Of a stretch of DNA of 64,000 nucleotides, positions 13,281 to 27,538 are shown one piece after another. The position numbers and the translations under genes are program-made. The stretch comes from Epiperipatus broadwayi (taxonomy: Eukaryota; Animalia; Onychophora), in NCBI GenBank assembly GCA_028023455.1, contig JAQFVV010000003.1:27032001-27096000 (forward strand). The letters are read 5' to 3'. Under the pieces are notes generated by a model. The model did no database searches. It was given only the letters and a program-made list of their open reading frames with translations, and was not told the DNA's origin. Positions within the stretch are counted from its first letter, which is position 1, and each line of letters begins with the position of its first letter.

Positions 13281-16200
13281 ACATTTGGCAATGCAATAAG
13301 AAAGATTAGTTTTTTTTCCTGTTAATCAAATTAGAATTCAATTGTTATATATGAATGATTTCACATCCATTTCTTTTTTTATTATTAACAGCCACTTGTG
13401 TAGTGTTATAACACCTGCAAAAAAAAAGACAAAAACTGAAAAAAAGATTCTTTACCCTTAATTGTTGTTAAATTTATTAGAGAATGGAAATAATGTTGCA
13501 TAAATACACAATCCTATTGTTACTACTAGTGAAGAAGGATGACCAATTGCTTGAGAGACTTGTGACAACTGACTCTAAATTAATCTGAGTGACTAAAGAT
13601 TATATATGGTAAAAAACATGGAAAATGAGAGGAAAAAATAATTATAATTATTAGCGACTCAAGTTTTAAAAAATGATAAATTTCATTCATTTGCTTTACA
13701 TATATATATAATGTCATAATTATAATAGAACTTTTGTCAAAAAAAAAAAAGAATTTGTAATTTATAGCTTTTCTTTCTCAACAGAAATAAATGTTCTCTC
13801 ATCAAGATTTTCAACAAAATTTGCTACTGTCTTTGTGATTTTTAAAATGTTTATCAACTCACTCATTAAAATCTACAATACAATTTTAAAATGTGTTGTT
13901 CAATTAATAGCATTCTGTATATTTATATAAACTCCTGTGTTTCTTTTTCCAAAATGAAGCTTGTTGGGGCATAAATCTGAATGATCTACATTTAATATTT
14001 TTGTGTCTTCCTGATAATCTGTCTGCAGAAAGAAGTTTGCCCTTGATTTTAAATGTTTCATTTCTTACTGATGTTGTTAATAAACCAAGTAGAACAAATT
14101 TCTAATGTCCACTCAGTACTTTCTTGTTATTACATTTATTATTATAAAGAAAATGTCCACATAATAATCAAACATACATGGTATATTTATCAAATATACC
14201 ATGATCAGCATGGTTAATTTATTGTTTCAGCTTTCAATTTATGATTTAGTAAATATAACTGTTTAAATATAGAAGAATGAGAGTGTTCATATGTATTATA
14301 ACTACTGAAATTTGAGATGTATTGCTGTATATGGTTAAGTTGTCAGTCATACTTTTTTTTCTTTTCTGTTTGATTTTGGATTGATGAATATGTTATACTA
14401 TGAAATATTAACAGTGTTGCTATGACAATGATAATATTAATATAAAATTGTTTATTATTAATTGTTTTGTAAGATTATTATAAATTGTCTTTATTCATTT
14501 TCAAAAGAAAAATAATGTGAATCATAAAGTATATGATTTGGATGAAATTATTATTATTTTTTTTGTTATCTGTTTCATTTTTGTTACTGTATTCACAATA
14601 ATAAATTATAAATAATACAAATAATGTTTAATATTTCAAAAATGTTCGTGCTTTTTATTAGGATAATACTATACTAGGAGATATGTATAAAATATATTTC
14701 CAGTGTAATATATTGAAAATATAGTCTAAATTGTTTATTTTTGTTGAAATGAAAAATAGTATTGGTATTTTAAAAATGAAAATTTTATTATATGTAATAA
14801 TTCTAAAATATTTATTTTTATTTGGTAAATAATACAATTTTATTAAAAGAACAATACTGGAAATAGCTTAATGAGTGAATATAGATGATTACTATAGTAT
14901 AAGAAATCTTATAAATAGGACTGAAATTTTGAACTCTTACTTCTGTCTCATGTTTTTGTTTTAAATAGAAGCATGTATAAATTTCTTTATTTTGATTTTT
15001 TTAATTTACCTTAAAAGTGTATAATTGAATTAATAAAATGGAGGGGTAAGAAATAACATTGTCTGCCCTATGGACTAGGACAGCTTATTGAGAAAATTTT
15101 ATGGGAAAATGACAAAGTTATAAAAAGAAAACTCACCAAATTTGCTTTATTATATAAACCAGCAGAATAATTTATCCTTCAAAATAGATGTTACATATAT
15201 TTTAAAGATGGAATACAAACAGCAAAAAATGTATAAGAGTCATATTTACTTGCATGTGTGATTATATTAAATCAATTGATTAAATTTTTCTGAGATATGA
15301 ATTAATTTAATTTCCCATCATATCATCCTAGATAAAAGCTAGCATCTATTCATTTACATTATTTTGAAATAATACTTGCTCATTAAGATATTTCTTCATA
15401 ATATTGTAAATATAAAATAAGCATCAGATGAACAAAATAATTATTACTTGAAAGAACAATTCTAATATACACATAAAAATCAGAATCAATAAAATATACT
15501 TTGAATTTAAAAGTTCTCGCAAATACATTTTATCTTCTTTGGAATAAAGACATTCTATTGGTTTTGTAGTTTGAAATATAGGCATTGGAACTGTGATGCC
15601 ATACTTGGAGTACATTATTTAAAGACTTTCATTCACATTATTTATATTTGTCATTATTATTGACATATATATATATTTGTTTATCTTCATTTAAAATATA
15701 AAATTATTAGTTGATGAATAATATATAGCTAAGTTAATTAGTAATCTATTCACATACCAAAATATAAAAAAGCTATGTTTTCATAAGTTTAAATTCATAT
15801 CTTGTATTATAATAATTATTTCAATATTTTAAAATGTTCATTTTTTATTTAGTGTTTATAAGTTAACTTCAAATATATCATGTATTTTGGAAGTTTAATA
15901 AGATTTTATCACAATAAATATTCACTTTATTTTGTTCTTAAAGTCATATTAATAAATAGATAAATTCATCTTCATATATATATTATATAAAATGTATAAA
16001 AATGTATATATTAAACTCTCTTATATTTTAGAAATTATGAGCATTCCACAACACCTTTGTTATACATAGAGATATATGTTTCTTATTTGTTATTAAATAA
16101 TTAGATATTAATAGGGAATCATATATGTAAATATGAAATTAAGGTTAACTGATGATTTACTGTACATTCAATTAGATTGCATATGTACATATTGATTGTT

Positions 16201-17899
16201 TACAATCTATTCATCATATATATAATATATGATATTTACTTATTAATAAAAAAAAATTTAATTTAATTTAAACTAAATAAACCTTTCTGATTATTGACCA
16301 GTTAAGCAAACAAATTTATTACTTAATAACATTCAAGTGAAAACAGATAAACTGTCCACATAGTAAAATTTATTTGAAATAACTATATCTCATAATCCAG
16401 ATATCATATTCCAGTATTAGTAGATGAATATGGTTATATTATTGTTTTTATATTGGATTCTATAGATATAAATTTTACATGATAATCATAATCAAATATA
16501 TGTGTGCTTTATTTAAATTATTATCAATTAGATAAGTACTGTATTGACTTCACTGTTGGTCATTAAGATCTTAATCTTAATCAGTTATAAAGATGATAGT
16601 AGTATATTTTGTTCTGTCAAAAGTCAGAATGATATGCCTTTAATTATATTTAAATTTAATTGAGGGGATTGTCAATCCAATTAACTATTAAATTTTAATA
16701 TTCATACTAGATTATAATAAATGCTAATATTTTTTATGTTTTGATTATTATAATATAGAGTTTTAATAATTTAGCTATAGGAAATTTAAAATAAATTGAT
16801 ATAATTAGTTAATTGTACTTAAGTAAATACCCAACAGAAATTTACTGTTTTTTATATACCAGTATGATTGGATATTATAAATTCAAAATTATCTTATGGG
16901 TTTATTGATATTGCATCATTATTAAGTATTTTGTCTTGTTATAAATAATGTGATTAGTAATAGTAAATTAATATATGAGTATAGCATGGCTGAGTTGGTA
17001 TTATTTATCATTTTATTAAACTAGAATTTAAAATTAACTATTGAGTCATCTATTTATTTAAATATTATAAATATTGTAAACTCATAAGACACACTAAAGC
17101 TGTCATTTCATTTATTCATGAATTAATTTATTTAGATATGAACATCTTTAAATTTTAGTATAAGTTTATATTTTTATAAGCAATGTTTGATTAGTTGGAT
17201 ATATTAGAACTTAGCTGTTTAATAAGTTATTATTGGTTTCATTCGATTATAAATGAAATCTATCTTAAACACATATCATTGTTTTGGGACAATATATCTG
17301 ATTTAATGACTTTATTTTCATCTAATTTAAATAAGGATTATGTTTAGGGTATTTGAAATGATAATTGTGTTTGTTTTCTGTTTATTCTAAATGTTATCTG
17401 AACTCTTGATGCTGTAATAAAAATTATGATCACTGTTTTGTTTTGTTATGTGATTAGACAAAGCATTGTATTAAATATTAAATAATTAGTTATTGATTGT
17501 TATTCATTTAGTTTTGAAGCAATGGATCTGTAGGCCAGATCCACACTTCACATCTTTCTAGATTGCTAAACTAAGATTGAACCAGATCCCCACATGTAAT
17601 GATGTTTATAAAACTTTCTGTCTTTCATCTTATATACATTTAATTTTTAGACCAGCTAATAAGCGAATAAAATATAAAAATTTTCTATTTAAAATTTTTA
17701 ATTATAAATATTGGAAGGGCCCAGATATATATATATGCACAAATATATATAATTACAGATGGAAACTTTTATAAAAATCAATCAATACATAAATTTTTAA
17801 TATTCAATTTTTTTTAAGTCAAAATATTTTATTCTAGAGATTTACTTTCATGATAAACCCTGCTAACATTCTTTAGTGAAAGCAAAAGAAAGTCCATTG

Positions 17900-18500
17900 A
17901 CAAAATTGTAATGGAATTTCTAATTAAATTAAAAGTAAAACAGAAAATATATTTGAAACAAAAATTCTTCAAATCTACATTAAATTAAAAATAGATTTGA
18001 AACAATAAAATCATTGGGTTTTTCGGGAGAGTGGATCTTTGATTACAGTCACCTGAATTTTAGATATCCACTTGGTCTTGGATTAATCAAAAGAGGAATT
18101 TTCAAAAAGTATTCTGAAAATGTATAAATAGCCCATGAGAACAATAGAAGTCAGCCAGTCATAGATTTGTTCAGTGAGTGCAAGGCAAATCCATACCGGT
18201 TTTATTTTTAAACAAATATAGATATGTGTAGAAGCATGGTAGCAGGGTAAATGGTTCTTAGCCTACCCATTTCCCCAAATATGATCACCAAAGTACCATA
18301 AATCTGGAGAAATTTTATCAAATGTTTAAATTTTGGACTGCCGAACTGTTGAACTCTTAAATCAAACTCGTAACTAGTTATACCTGTGCAGAAATTATGA
18401 AAGACCACTCCAAATTCGTATTTCATCATGGGACCTAAATTTCCAAAAAGAACTCAGAATAAATTAGGTAATATGTTTTCAATTGTTCATTTCTAACCGC
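17900..18500 (+). mobile_element. Highly decayed L1/Tx1-like C-terminal fragment
   Basis: Reads KWFLAYPFPQI*SPKYHKSGEILSNV*ILDC, resembling the zinc-binding tail and the ALPTKWFL region of the 57.5-59.1 kb element; many stops. Confidence 0.3.
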
Positions 18501-21500
18501 CTGATTTATTCTTCAAATTCCAGTTGATCTTATAATGTAATTTCGCTACCTCTAAATGTCTTCTTAAATGAAATTTCTCTTAATTAAATGTAAATGTTTT
18601 ATTAACTAAACTCTGTAACCTTGACTTGATATAAATTTAAATTTAATGTCTCTGCTCTAACTCTATCTGTCTTAAAATTATGCCTCTATTAATGCAAAAC
18701 TTTTCTCTTAAAGGAGTTTAGAAAGATTATTATTTACTTCTGAATGTATTTGTTAAAGATTTATAAATGTTTGATTTAAAATGATATCTTTTATACCAAT
18801 TTGTTCCATCTCGACAAAAGTTTTATAATTAAATAATTTTGCTTCCCATTTCCCGACCAACGTCTGTCGGTAAATAAATAACTCCTTCGCTCTAAATGAT
18901 TATTACTTGGAGCATCTTTTTTGTCGAGATGAAATAATTTTGTTTTACTTGATATATTTTGAAAATATTTTATGTGTATACAGTTGAGTTTTGGGGAAGA
19001 CACTAGGTCAAGTGTGAAACTTTATTTAATTATATTATTTCATTTTTAAAGAATAAAAAGGAGAGGGTTTAGAAAGTTTCTTCTTGCCAACAGTAAGAGA
19101 GAGTATAAAATGTTAAATTTAAAATATTGCTGGGATTTTGTTTTGAGGGGAGAGATGTATCACCTAGGGAAATGATATTCGTAATAATATTTATGCTTAT
19201 TTTGTGTTGATCCAATCTTGGTCAATCCATATAATATCAGTATAATCTTTCATGGCTCAGTACAATTTTCATATACTAATTGTAAAAATCTATTTTTCCA
19301 GTATTTGTATTTTGCCTCGCAGCACTCTGCTTAATCGCCTGTTTGGTCTTTGTGATTGCTAAATCAGAATTATACCACATGATAGTTTCACTGGCTATAA
19401 ATTTTTTTTTATCAGGATATGAAAGACAAAAATGAGAAGACCCGGGGTGAGCTGAGCTTAGCAAGCCTTGGTGATTCCTGATCTTTCACCTGAAATGTTC
19501 TGAGATTTGCGAATAGAGCAAACTATTTCGTCTTTATATTCTTGGTGTCACTAGAATGGGGCAGTGGAATTGAGTTTGTGCTGGTAATGTAATGTCAAAT
19601 GCTGGGTCTGATTAATTTCTTTTGTTTCTGAGCACATCGTGGCGGGTTGACAATGGTCTGATCATTTTAGTTTATATTGACTATCAGTGAGGTATTTAGT
19701 TGCGAATATCGCGATCTGCTTACATTTAAGTGTGTCATTCTCTTCGAAGCCGATTCCTAAAATATGACCAATTTATTTTTCTCTTAAAATAATTTTTACT
19801 TATATTAAAGTTACTAAAAATAGGGCTGTTTAAAATATTTGTTTCTTATATCACACAGACTTGAGTGGGCATCTACCATAGAATTCTAATTGTTTTAACA
19901 GTTTAAATTGGCATATAAAGTTACCGCTCCCTTACATGAGGCATAGTAAATGATATGATCAAAATTGATGTTAACAAATAAATGAAATAAATCAGTGAGA
20001 CATTAAAAGAATTATAAAGATATTTTTATTTAAAAAATATATGTGAATTTAATCTACCTGTGGTTCGTTTCCGTTAATTTCATTCTAAAATTAGCATTTC
20101 TATTTAATTATTGTGCTGCTATCTGATGACTCTAGGTCACACACATACCATTCTTATTTTGAAGTTCATGAATAGGTGTAATTAGAATAAATGTTAGAGT
20201 TAAACATTAGAATTAGTCGAGGCTCATGTTCCACCATTGATGCTGCCAGCTGGAGTTTAGAGAAGATTAATTGCTTGCCTCGAAAATGTTAATTAGTTGG
20301 TAGAATTAGAGAGAGGGTAAACAGGGTAGAATCCATAAATATTCTTGATCTTTCATCTTGTGTATGGTTGGATTTGAGGTACTTTTACCTAGGCTGTGAA
20401 TTGTGTTGAGTTAACATACAATTTCGACTGGTACAGTTTAGTATATTATATTTATTCTGATATGAACAATATTATTATTTACAAGCATTATAAAATTAGT
20501 ATTATTTTTATTTGAATTACATTTTATTCAGTTATAAATGGTGTTGAACTTCAAGGATCATTTTCATTCTATTATGTAGGCGATCAATGACTGAGCTATA
20601 TTTTATTCAGGTTATATTAGATTTGCAGGGTATGATTAAACAGGATTACTTTATTATGGTTTTGCCATATCTGATTTGTCACAAATGAGTCCTAAATCTA
20701 TTGTGCATTAAAAAAAGAATATACCCTCATTTTTATCCTGTTACAAATGGCATTCTAACTTCAAGGATAGTAATAAGGGTTATTTCATCATCATCTTTTC
20801 ATGTCAGTTATAAAATGCTACATAAAACTGTAGTACAACTTTTATTTTGGTACAGTATGGATATTAATTTTTCAGTTATAACAAATAAAAAACATATGGT
20901 TTCATTCTTTGAAAGTTGATAGCTAGGAAGAATTGGAAATCAAGATAGAGTACTATGTAATTCTTTAGATTTGAAACAGGCAAACGGTGGTTTTATTCAT
21001 ACTAATACAAATCTAAGTCACATTCAAATAAAAAAGACTTTATATAAATTAGAAGAACTACTACACATTTGATTGAATCTATGAAATTAAAAGATAAAAA
21101 AATGAACCCTTTACAAGCAAGTAAAATTGTCTTTAATAGTTCACTTCAGTGTAATGACCTCACCAACAACTCATTATAGTGTAATGACGAAAAAAATGAC
21201 ATTACTAATTTGCCAATTGCAGATAATATTGGTTTAAGAGATTTCCATTCTTATTTATCCTTTAGCTAAGAATAACTAAATAATCATTTAATGACAATAT
21301 AAGATAAGCAACTGTATGGAATATATAGATTGATGTTATCCATATCAGATACATAAAAATTCAGTTATATATATATGCAAATGAATATGGATGTGTAAAA
21401 GAAATGTGATTAAAAAAAAATATTTTCACTTGATATTTATTTGCTTCTTTAGAATATTTATTTATTTTTACACATATCAGAATATTATTTTTAAATTTCA

Positions 21501-22322
21501 AAGTCACATTGTTGAGTCTGATTCTCAACTATCAAAATCACCTCGTGACAGTCTTCACGTGTATCTCCAACACCAGCATGAGAAATAAACTGAAGTCATT
21601 TTAAACTTCCCTTTCAAATGAAATTGCTATCGTTTAGCATCAAATGACTTTTGAACAATTTCTGTAGAAATGATACTTCCCAGAACTAATTTCAGAATGC
21701 AGTCTCTAGAGTAGTCGAGAAACGTCAACCATAAAATCTGACCTCAATCATTAGTTGTTGATTTGTTATGTCTGGAAATGTGACTAGCTGAACACTTTAT
21801 AAAACTTTTAGCAGACTTAAAAAGATAATTTTGCACTCTTTTTATGGAAAGATATTTAAAAAATATGACATCACATCTCATTCATATGAAAAGTCAACAA
21901 ATTATAGCATCATTTAACATCTATCTATTTTAAAATACAAACAGGATTAATGAATACAGTAAAAGAAAATATTTTGCATTTATAATTTTAATTTATGAGT
22001 ATCATATATGAATTGAAATAATAAAGTTCTTGAATATAGTAAAAGATAAATATTTTACTTTTATAATTTTAATTAATGATTAATATATATGAATTCAAAT
22101 AATAATTAAAGTTTTTGAATGAAATTTAAGATGAAAGTCGATAGCTTTATCGAGATTCATACTCTCATAGTACATACATGATCACTAAATTTATCTAATA
22201 GAGAATTTTTCTATAGACGTCATAGCGCCTCGGGCAGAAAAAATGTATCCCCTCCCCCTCCAAATATTAAAAATATATGTAAATATTTAAATACATGTAA
22301 ATTACTTATACTTAAAGCTAGA

Positions 22323-22637
22323 TGTAATTAGTAGGGATTTGAACGCAGACTTTCAAGCTCTCTTTAGTCTACTCCATCTTATACAACCGATATACACGAT
22401 CACATATATGTGAAAAATACAAATGAACTCCAATAAAGGTATTTTATGCTGAACCAGCACTCATCAGTTGGTCTGAGCAATGATTATATATGTGTAGGAA
22501 ATGATGATTTGGACCAACTAATAAGTACTGCTTCAATATATTTTTGTATTACGTGGTCATGTGTGTCAATTGTATAAGATGGAATGGATGACTAAAGAGA
22601 GTTTAAAAGTCTGGGTTCAAATCCCCTCTAATTATAT
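22323..22637. mobile_element. Fold-back element, family A (hammerhead-bearing)
   Basis: Arms about 22323-22470 and 22505-22637. Minus strand has GACCAA-CTGATGA-GTGCTG-GTT-CAGCAT-AAAA; arm ends carry a B-box-like GGTTCAAATCCC. Confidence 0.75.
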
Positions 22638-23048
22638 ATAAATATTGGTTTTTCTTAAAGTTTTTTGAAAGTATGCTTAGATTTGTTTTTCATAAATAAA
22701 TAAAAAAAAGTACTTTCTTCTCAGAAATCCAGAGACTATTTTCTTATTTAACACTATATACTTAAAAATTATGATAAATCGATGAGAAAAAAAAAACGTG
22801 TGTGAGGGGGGGGGGAGTATATTTTGAAACTGTGAACTGGTTAATATATTTTATCTCTCCCAAAATTACATACCTTTGCTTTAGAGCAAAAGCTGAATAA
22901 TGAGACAAATATTTATTAAAAAAGATAAATATTAGAAAGTATATTTACGAACATATATTTCAAGATAGTACTACAATTTAGTAAGGCAACAAGGCAATAA
23001 ATTTACTACACATACAACTATGATATTAACCTCTTCACAAAAATACCT

Positions 23049-23383
23049 TATTAAAACAGGCAAAACTCTCCATACAATAGTGCCACTCAATGCCAACCAG
23101 AGTAATCAATAGATGCCAGAAGGCTTGTGCATAAATCCCTATCTAGGGCTACTCATTCAATATCCCCAGACTAGTTTCTGGCTTGTGGAGCTCACTGATG
23201 AAGGCCACAAGCCAGAAACTAGTCTAGGGATATTGGATGAGTAGGCACTAGATAGGGAATTATGCACAAGCCTTCTGGTATTCATTGATTACTCTGGTTA
23301 GCACTGAGTGGCACTACTATATGGAGAGTGTTGCCTGTTTTAATAACAGTAATGTGCTAGCATAAGAAATAGTGATCATGTAA
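23049..23383. mobile_element. Fold-back element, family B (hammerhead-bearing)
   Basis: About 140-bp arms around the spacer agctcactgatgaagg; 23195-23224 reads CTGATGA-A-GGC-CACAA-GCC-A-GAAA-CTAG-TC. Confidence 0.8.
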
Positions 23384-23774
23384 AAATACCTTAATGATTA
23401 CTTCTAATATTTTAGGTTAAAAATTAGCATATTAATGCAAGCTCAGATATATACTTTAAACTTTAATTAAAGATAAATACATCTGTTATTATTAAACATA
23501 ACCACACAGAATAATTTGCCTTTTTTAGATGTCTTTATTCACTTGTTTAGAGTATATGTAAAAAAAATAACTGTTTTACATATATTTCTATATGCGTTAA
23601 TTTACTTTTTTTTTTGCCTGTCTATCTCAAAAAAAATTTATGACTCAAATTTTCATCCACTTCCCAATTTCTGATCTAGTTGATGCCTTGCATACATGTG
23701 TATTCCCAATGACAATGCTTTATTTTAGAGTTTGCAAATAGTTTTAGCAAATAATGTATATATTTTAAATTTTA

Positions 23775-24380
23775 TATGTGATTGATGCACTGTGGCTTCT
23801 TTTTCAGAGACAGGAATCTCTCAGCCACCATTCCATTTCCACAATATAATCTTTGATGTGATGCAATGCACTGTGACTTCTCCTTATAAGAAGTCAGGAA
23901 TCTCTCAGCAAATGTGCCCAGAGGAATCTGTTAGCCACTTTACCTTCCCTTTCCATTCCTTGCCCTAAGTTTTCCCATCATGCTCCATTCTATTTCCAAA
24001 TCATAATCTTTGTCATGGCCTTTATATCTAAATCCCCCTTATCTTTTCCCAAACCCAACATAAAAAACAATAACCCATTTTCTGTATAATCACTTTGTCT
24101 ATATTTATTCTTCCACAACTTCATTATTTGTACTCTTTCTGTTTTCAGGCATTTACATTCAATTAACAGATGCCTAATATTTTCTATGCCTTCCTTACAC
24201 AACTTGCAGACTAAATCACCCACATTTTCCCATTTATGTGTATATTCCCTTGTTGCTAAAGATCCCATTTAGCCTTAAACAGTAAACTACATTCCTTGCT
24301 ATTATTATAAATTAACTCATACCCAATATTTCTTCTTTGGGATTCATTTTCATTACAGCACCATCTAGTGATATTAAATT
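23775..24380 (-). mobile_element. Second copy of the same LINE 3' end, with a duplicated 3' terminus
   Basis: ORF GSLATREYTHKWENVGDLVCKLCKEGIENIRHLLIEC matches the 8700-9378 copy. Two successive 3' termini (gaag(t/c)cacagtgcat...cacat) at about 23855-23900 and 23775-23825. Confidence 0.8.
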
Positions 24381-24416
24381 ATATCTAAACTTTCTTCAGT
24401 TCTAATTTGTGAACTA

Positions 24417-25152
24417 TATAAAAATATTTGAAATCCAGGCACTCTTCACAAACCTGGGAGCTTAATTGTAAGTATAGGGGATTTGAACTCAGATTTTCAA
24501 ACACCCTTCAACTATCCACCCTATTTCATACAACTGATACACATGACCACACACATGTAGAAAAGATAAATAATCACCAAAATAAATATCTCGTGCTAAA
24601 CCAGCACTCATCAGTTGGTCCAGATTATCATCTCCCACATATATATATAATCAGTGCTCAGTTTATATTAAGATAGCAAATCTTCATACTTTAATGGACA
24701 GGCTTCAATACACTCCAACCTCCAACTTTTCAGCCATCCATATCATTGAAAATCTAATGATGAAAATTCAAATCCCATGCTGATGCTAATATTATTGCCA
24801 TGCCCATGTTGACCTCATTAGATTTTCAATGATATGGAAGGCTGAAAAGTTGGAGATTGGAGTGTATTGAAGCCTGTCCGTTAAAGTATGAAGATTTGCT
24901 ATCTTAATATAAACTGATTATATATATGTGTGGGAGATGATAATCTGGACCAACTGATGAGTGCTAGTTTAGCACGAAATACATATATGGGTGATTATTT
25001 ATCTTTTCTACATGTGTGTGGTCATGTGTATCAGTTGTATGAGATAGTGTGGATAGGTGAAGGGTGCTTCAAAATCAGAGTTCAAATCCCCTATACTTAC
25101 AATTAAGCTTCCAGGTTTGTGAAGAGTGCCTGGTTTTCAAATATTTACATAT
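24417..25152. mobile_element. Large fold-back element, family A (about 340-bp arms)
   Basis: 24417-24760 is the reverse complement of 24815-25152 (54-nt loop); hammerhead motif in both arms. Confidence 0.9.
24949..24992 (+). ncRNA. Minimal type-I hammerhead ribozyme
   Basis: ACCAA-CUGAUGA-GUGCUA-GUU-UAGCAC-GAAA-U-ACAU-A-UA/-UGGGU: intact core, 6-bp stem II, UA cleavage site, stem I with one mismatch. Confidence 0.75.
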
Positions 25153-25895
25153 CAAGCTTGTATCCTGTCCATCCCTCTTATATGTATTTAAATGGATATG
25201 GTCCTATACATGAGGGGTCAGAGTGACTTCAGGTCAACATGGGCATGGCAATAATATTAGCATCAGCATGGGATTTGAAGGTGCTTGAAAATCTGAAACT
25301 ACATAAAACTAAAAATATATATATTTTCTTTAAATAAATACTTTTGTTCACCTAAATGTATTTAAAAGAGAAAAAAAAGCCTAAAAAGGTAAAAAAAAAA
25401 TTTTTTTCAGCAACCAAAAATAAAAGTATGGGACAAAGAACTATTTAAATGAACTTGCAATAATCCCCACTTTCTTGTATTAAGGCCAATCTATTCATCA
25501 GATGAAAAAAAGATCTAATGAATACATTGGCATTGATATAAGAAAGAGGGCATTAGTTGCAAGGTCATTTAAATATTTCTTTGTCTCACACGGTTACTTT
25601 TAATCACATAATATTAAGAATACTGTGAAGGATGAAGAAATTTTTTTTTTTTTTAAACAAATCCCCCTCCCCCAAGAGATGCCTTAAAAGCACTCTTGAT
25701 ACTTTGTTCAACATTTAGAGTTGCTTTTATGTCATAGCCTAGGGGAGCTAGGTTTAATTTAAAGTTTTTACTTTTTAGTACATTTATAGAAATAAAAGTG
25801 TTTTGTCAAAAATTATTTTTTAAATTCAAAATAGAAATCAAAATTGTTTAAATGAATATGTTTTGTCATTCTACTAATGTAAAAGACAGATAATT

Positions 25896-26005
25896 GTCAA
25901 GCGTTGTTAGCCGAGAGGTCATCGCAGCCGCCTTGCAAGCAAGTAGTTGGTTGCAGACAGTTGTGGGTTCGCGTCCCGGCCGATGCTATGACACATGGAA
26001 GAAAA
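25896..26005 (+). mobile_element. tRNA-Gly-derived SINE copy with 14-bp TSD
   Basis: Same body as the 10699 copy; TSD aaaagacagataat at 25881-25894 and 26006-26019. Confidence 0.85.
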
Positions 26006-27108
26006 AAAAGACAGATAATGAAAATGAATAAAAAAGAACAACACTAATGCTTTTTTGAACTCTAGTGTTGATAAAGATTTGATAATATCATGGATAGTGT
26101 GGGAATTATAGAAATAGATTCTTGTTCAGTTCAAGTCTGAACTCTTGTTTGAACAGTTTGAAATTATGTCTAATTGATTCATTTAAAAGTATATAAAGTT
26201 TAAAAATATTGAAAATGAAACAAGAAAGGAGTGACCAGCATTAAGTAATTGGATTCTATCATTTACAATAATAAATGTATCTTTAATTAAGCAGCTCCCA
26301 AAAAACAAAGTAATGACCAACTTTTCTTATTAAGTGTACATTTCATGAATTATCTTCACTCATCTGATGAAGTAAAAATATGTTGCTTTTAACTTTTTGT
26401 GGAAGAATGAACCATTATTGCATTGTAAAAATATTTTCAAGTATTTTTGTTTTGATTAACACATACTTCATCTCAACTCCATCAAATTGCAAATACCCAT
26501 CAGTGCAAAAATACCCTCTCCTATTATGTTCATGAAATGTATGCTATTCGAGATTCTGCATTGCGAATGATTGTGATGGGATGGAAATGAGATGAGATAT
26601 GCATTGATAAAACATTAATAAAAGAAAATAATAATAATATATTTTTTTAAATGTGATTATATTTCATATAAAATCAAAGTCTAAAACAGGAGAGCATATT
26701 TTTACTCCAGGTGACATGAAAACAGTACGTATTATATTACAATACTCTTAAAAATTAATTCTGAAAATAATTATATTGGATGGAAATATATATACACATT
26801 ATCACCTTCTTTAAAAAAAAAAAAGTATAATGGATGTAAAAAAATAATATGCTAAATATATATATATATATTACAGCTTGCATAAATATTAGGCTTATGA
26901 TAAATACAAACAAAACATTTATTGCTTATACATGCTTAAAAAAAATAAAAATAAAAATTTAAAAATATTCTTTTATAATATTTCTTATATAACATACAGC
27001 ATTGCTATTATGAAAATGCTTTGCCTATTTTTCTGCAGTGGTAGAATGACGGAATTTAGAGATCAATTCTCAACTCTATCATTCTGGTGTTCAACTTTAT
27101 AATATTTT

Positions 27109-27214
27109 GTATTGGTGGTCGAGAGGTCAGTGCGACTGCCTTGCACTTGCAGGCAGTTGCCCGGGTTGCGGGTTCACGCCCCGGCCAATGCTATGACACT
27201 TAAAAAAAAAAAAA
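27109..27214 (+). mobile_element. tRNA-Gly-derived SINE copy with 12-bp TSD
   Basis: attggtggtcgagaggtcag...gggttcacgccccggccaatgctatgacac-polyA; TSD aactttataata at 27093-27104 and about 27215-27226. Confidence 0.8.
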
Positions 27215-27499
27215 AACTTTATAATACTCTTAAAGAACAAAGTGTTGAATTATATTTTTCATTTATAAAATACAATTATCTATGATTATAATCATCATAA
27301 TCATGCTGCTGCTCCTGCTACTACTTCTGCTAATACTATTACTACTTTAGAGATAAAATCTTTATCATCTGTGCCTTGATTATTATAAACATTCAAGGCG
27401 CATATGATGAAAGTTAAAACCTTTTTCTAAAGTATTTACATACTTCTTATGTACTTAATAAATCATCAACAACAACAATAACAATAATAATAAAGGGAT

Positions 27500-27506
27500 G
27501 ATGATG

Positions 27507-27538
<32 letters not shown>

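Noticed and set aside
18750-19790. Coding-like minus-strand segment, possibly LINE ORF1/EN
   Set aside because: No diagnostic motif could be confirmed.
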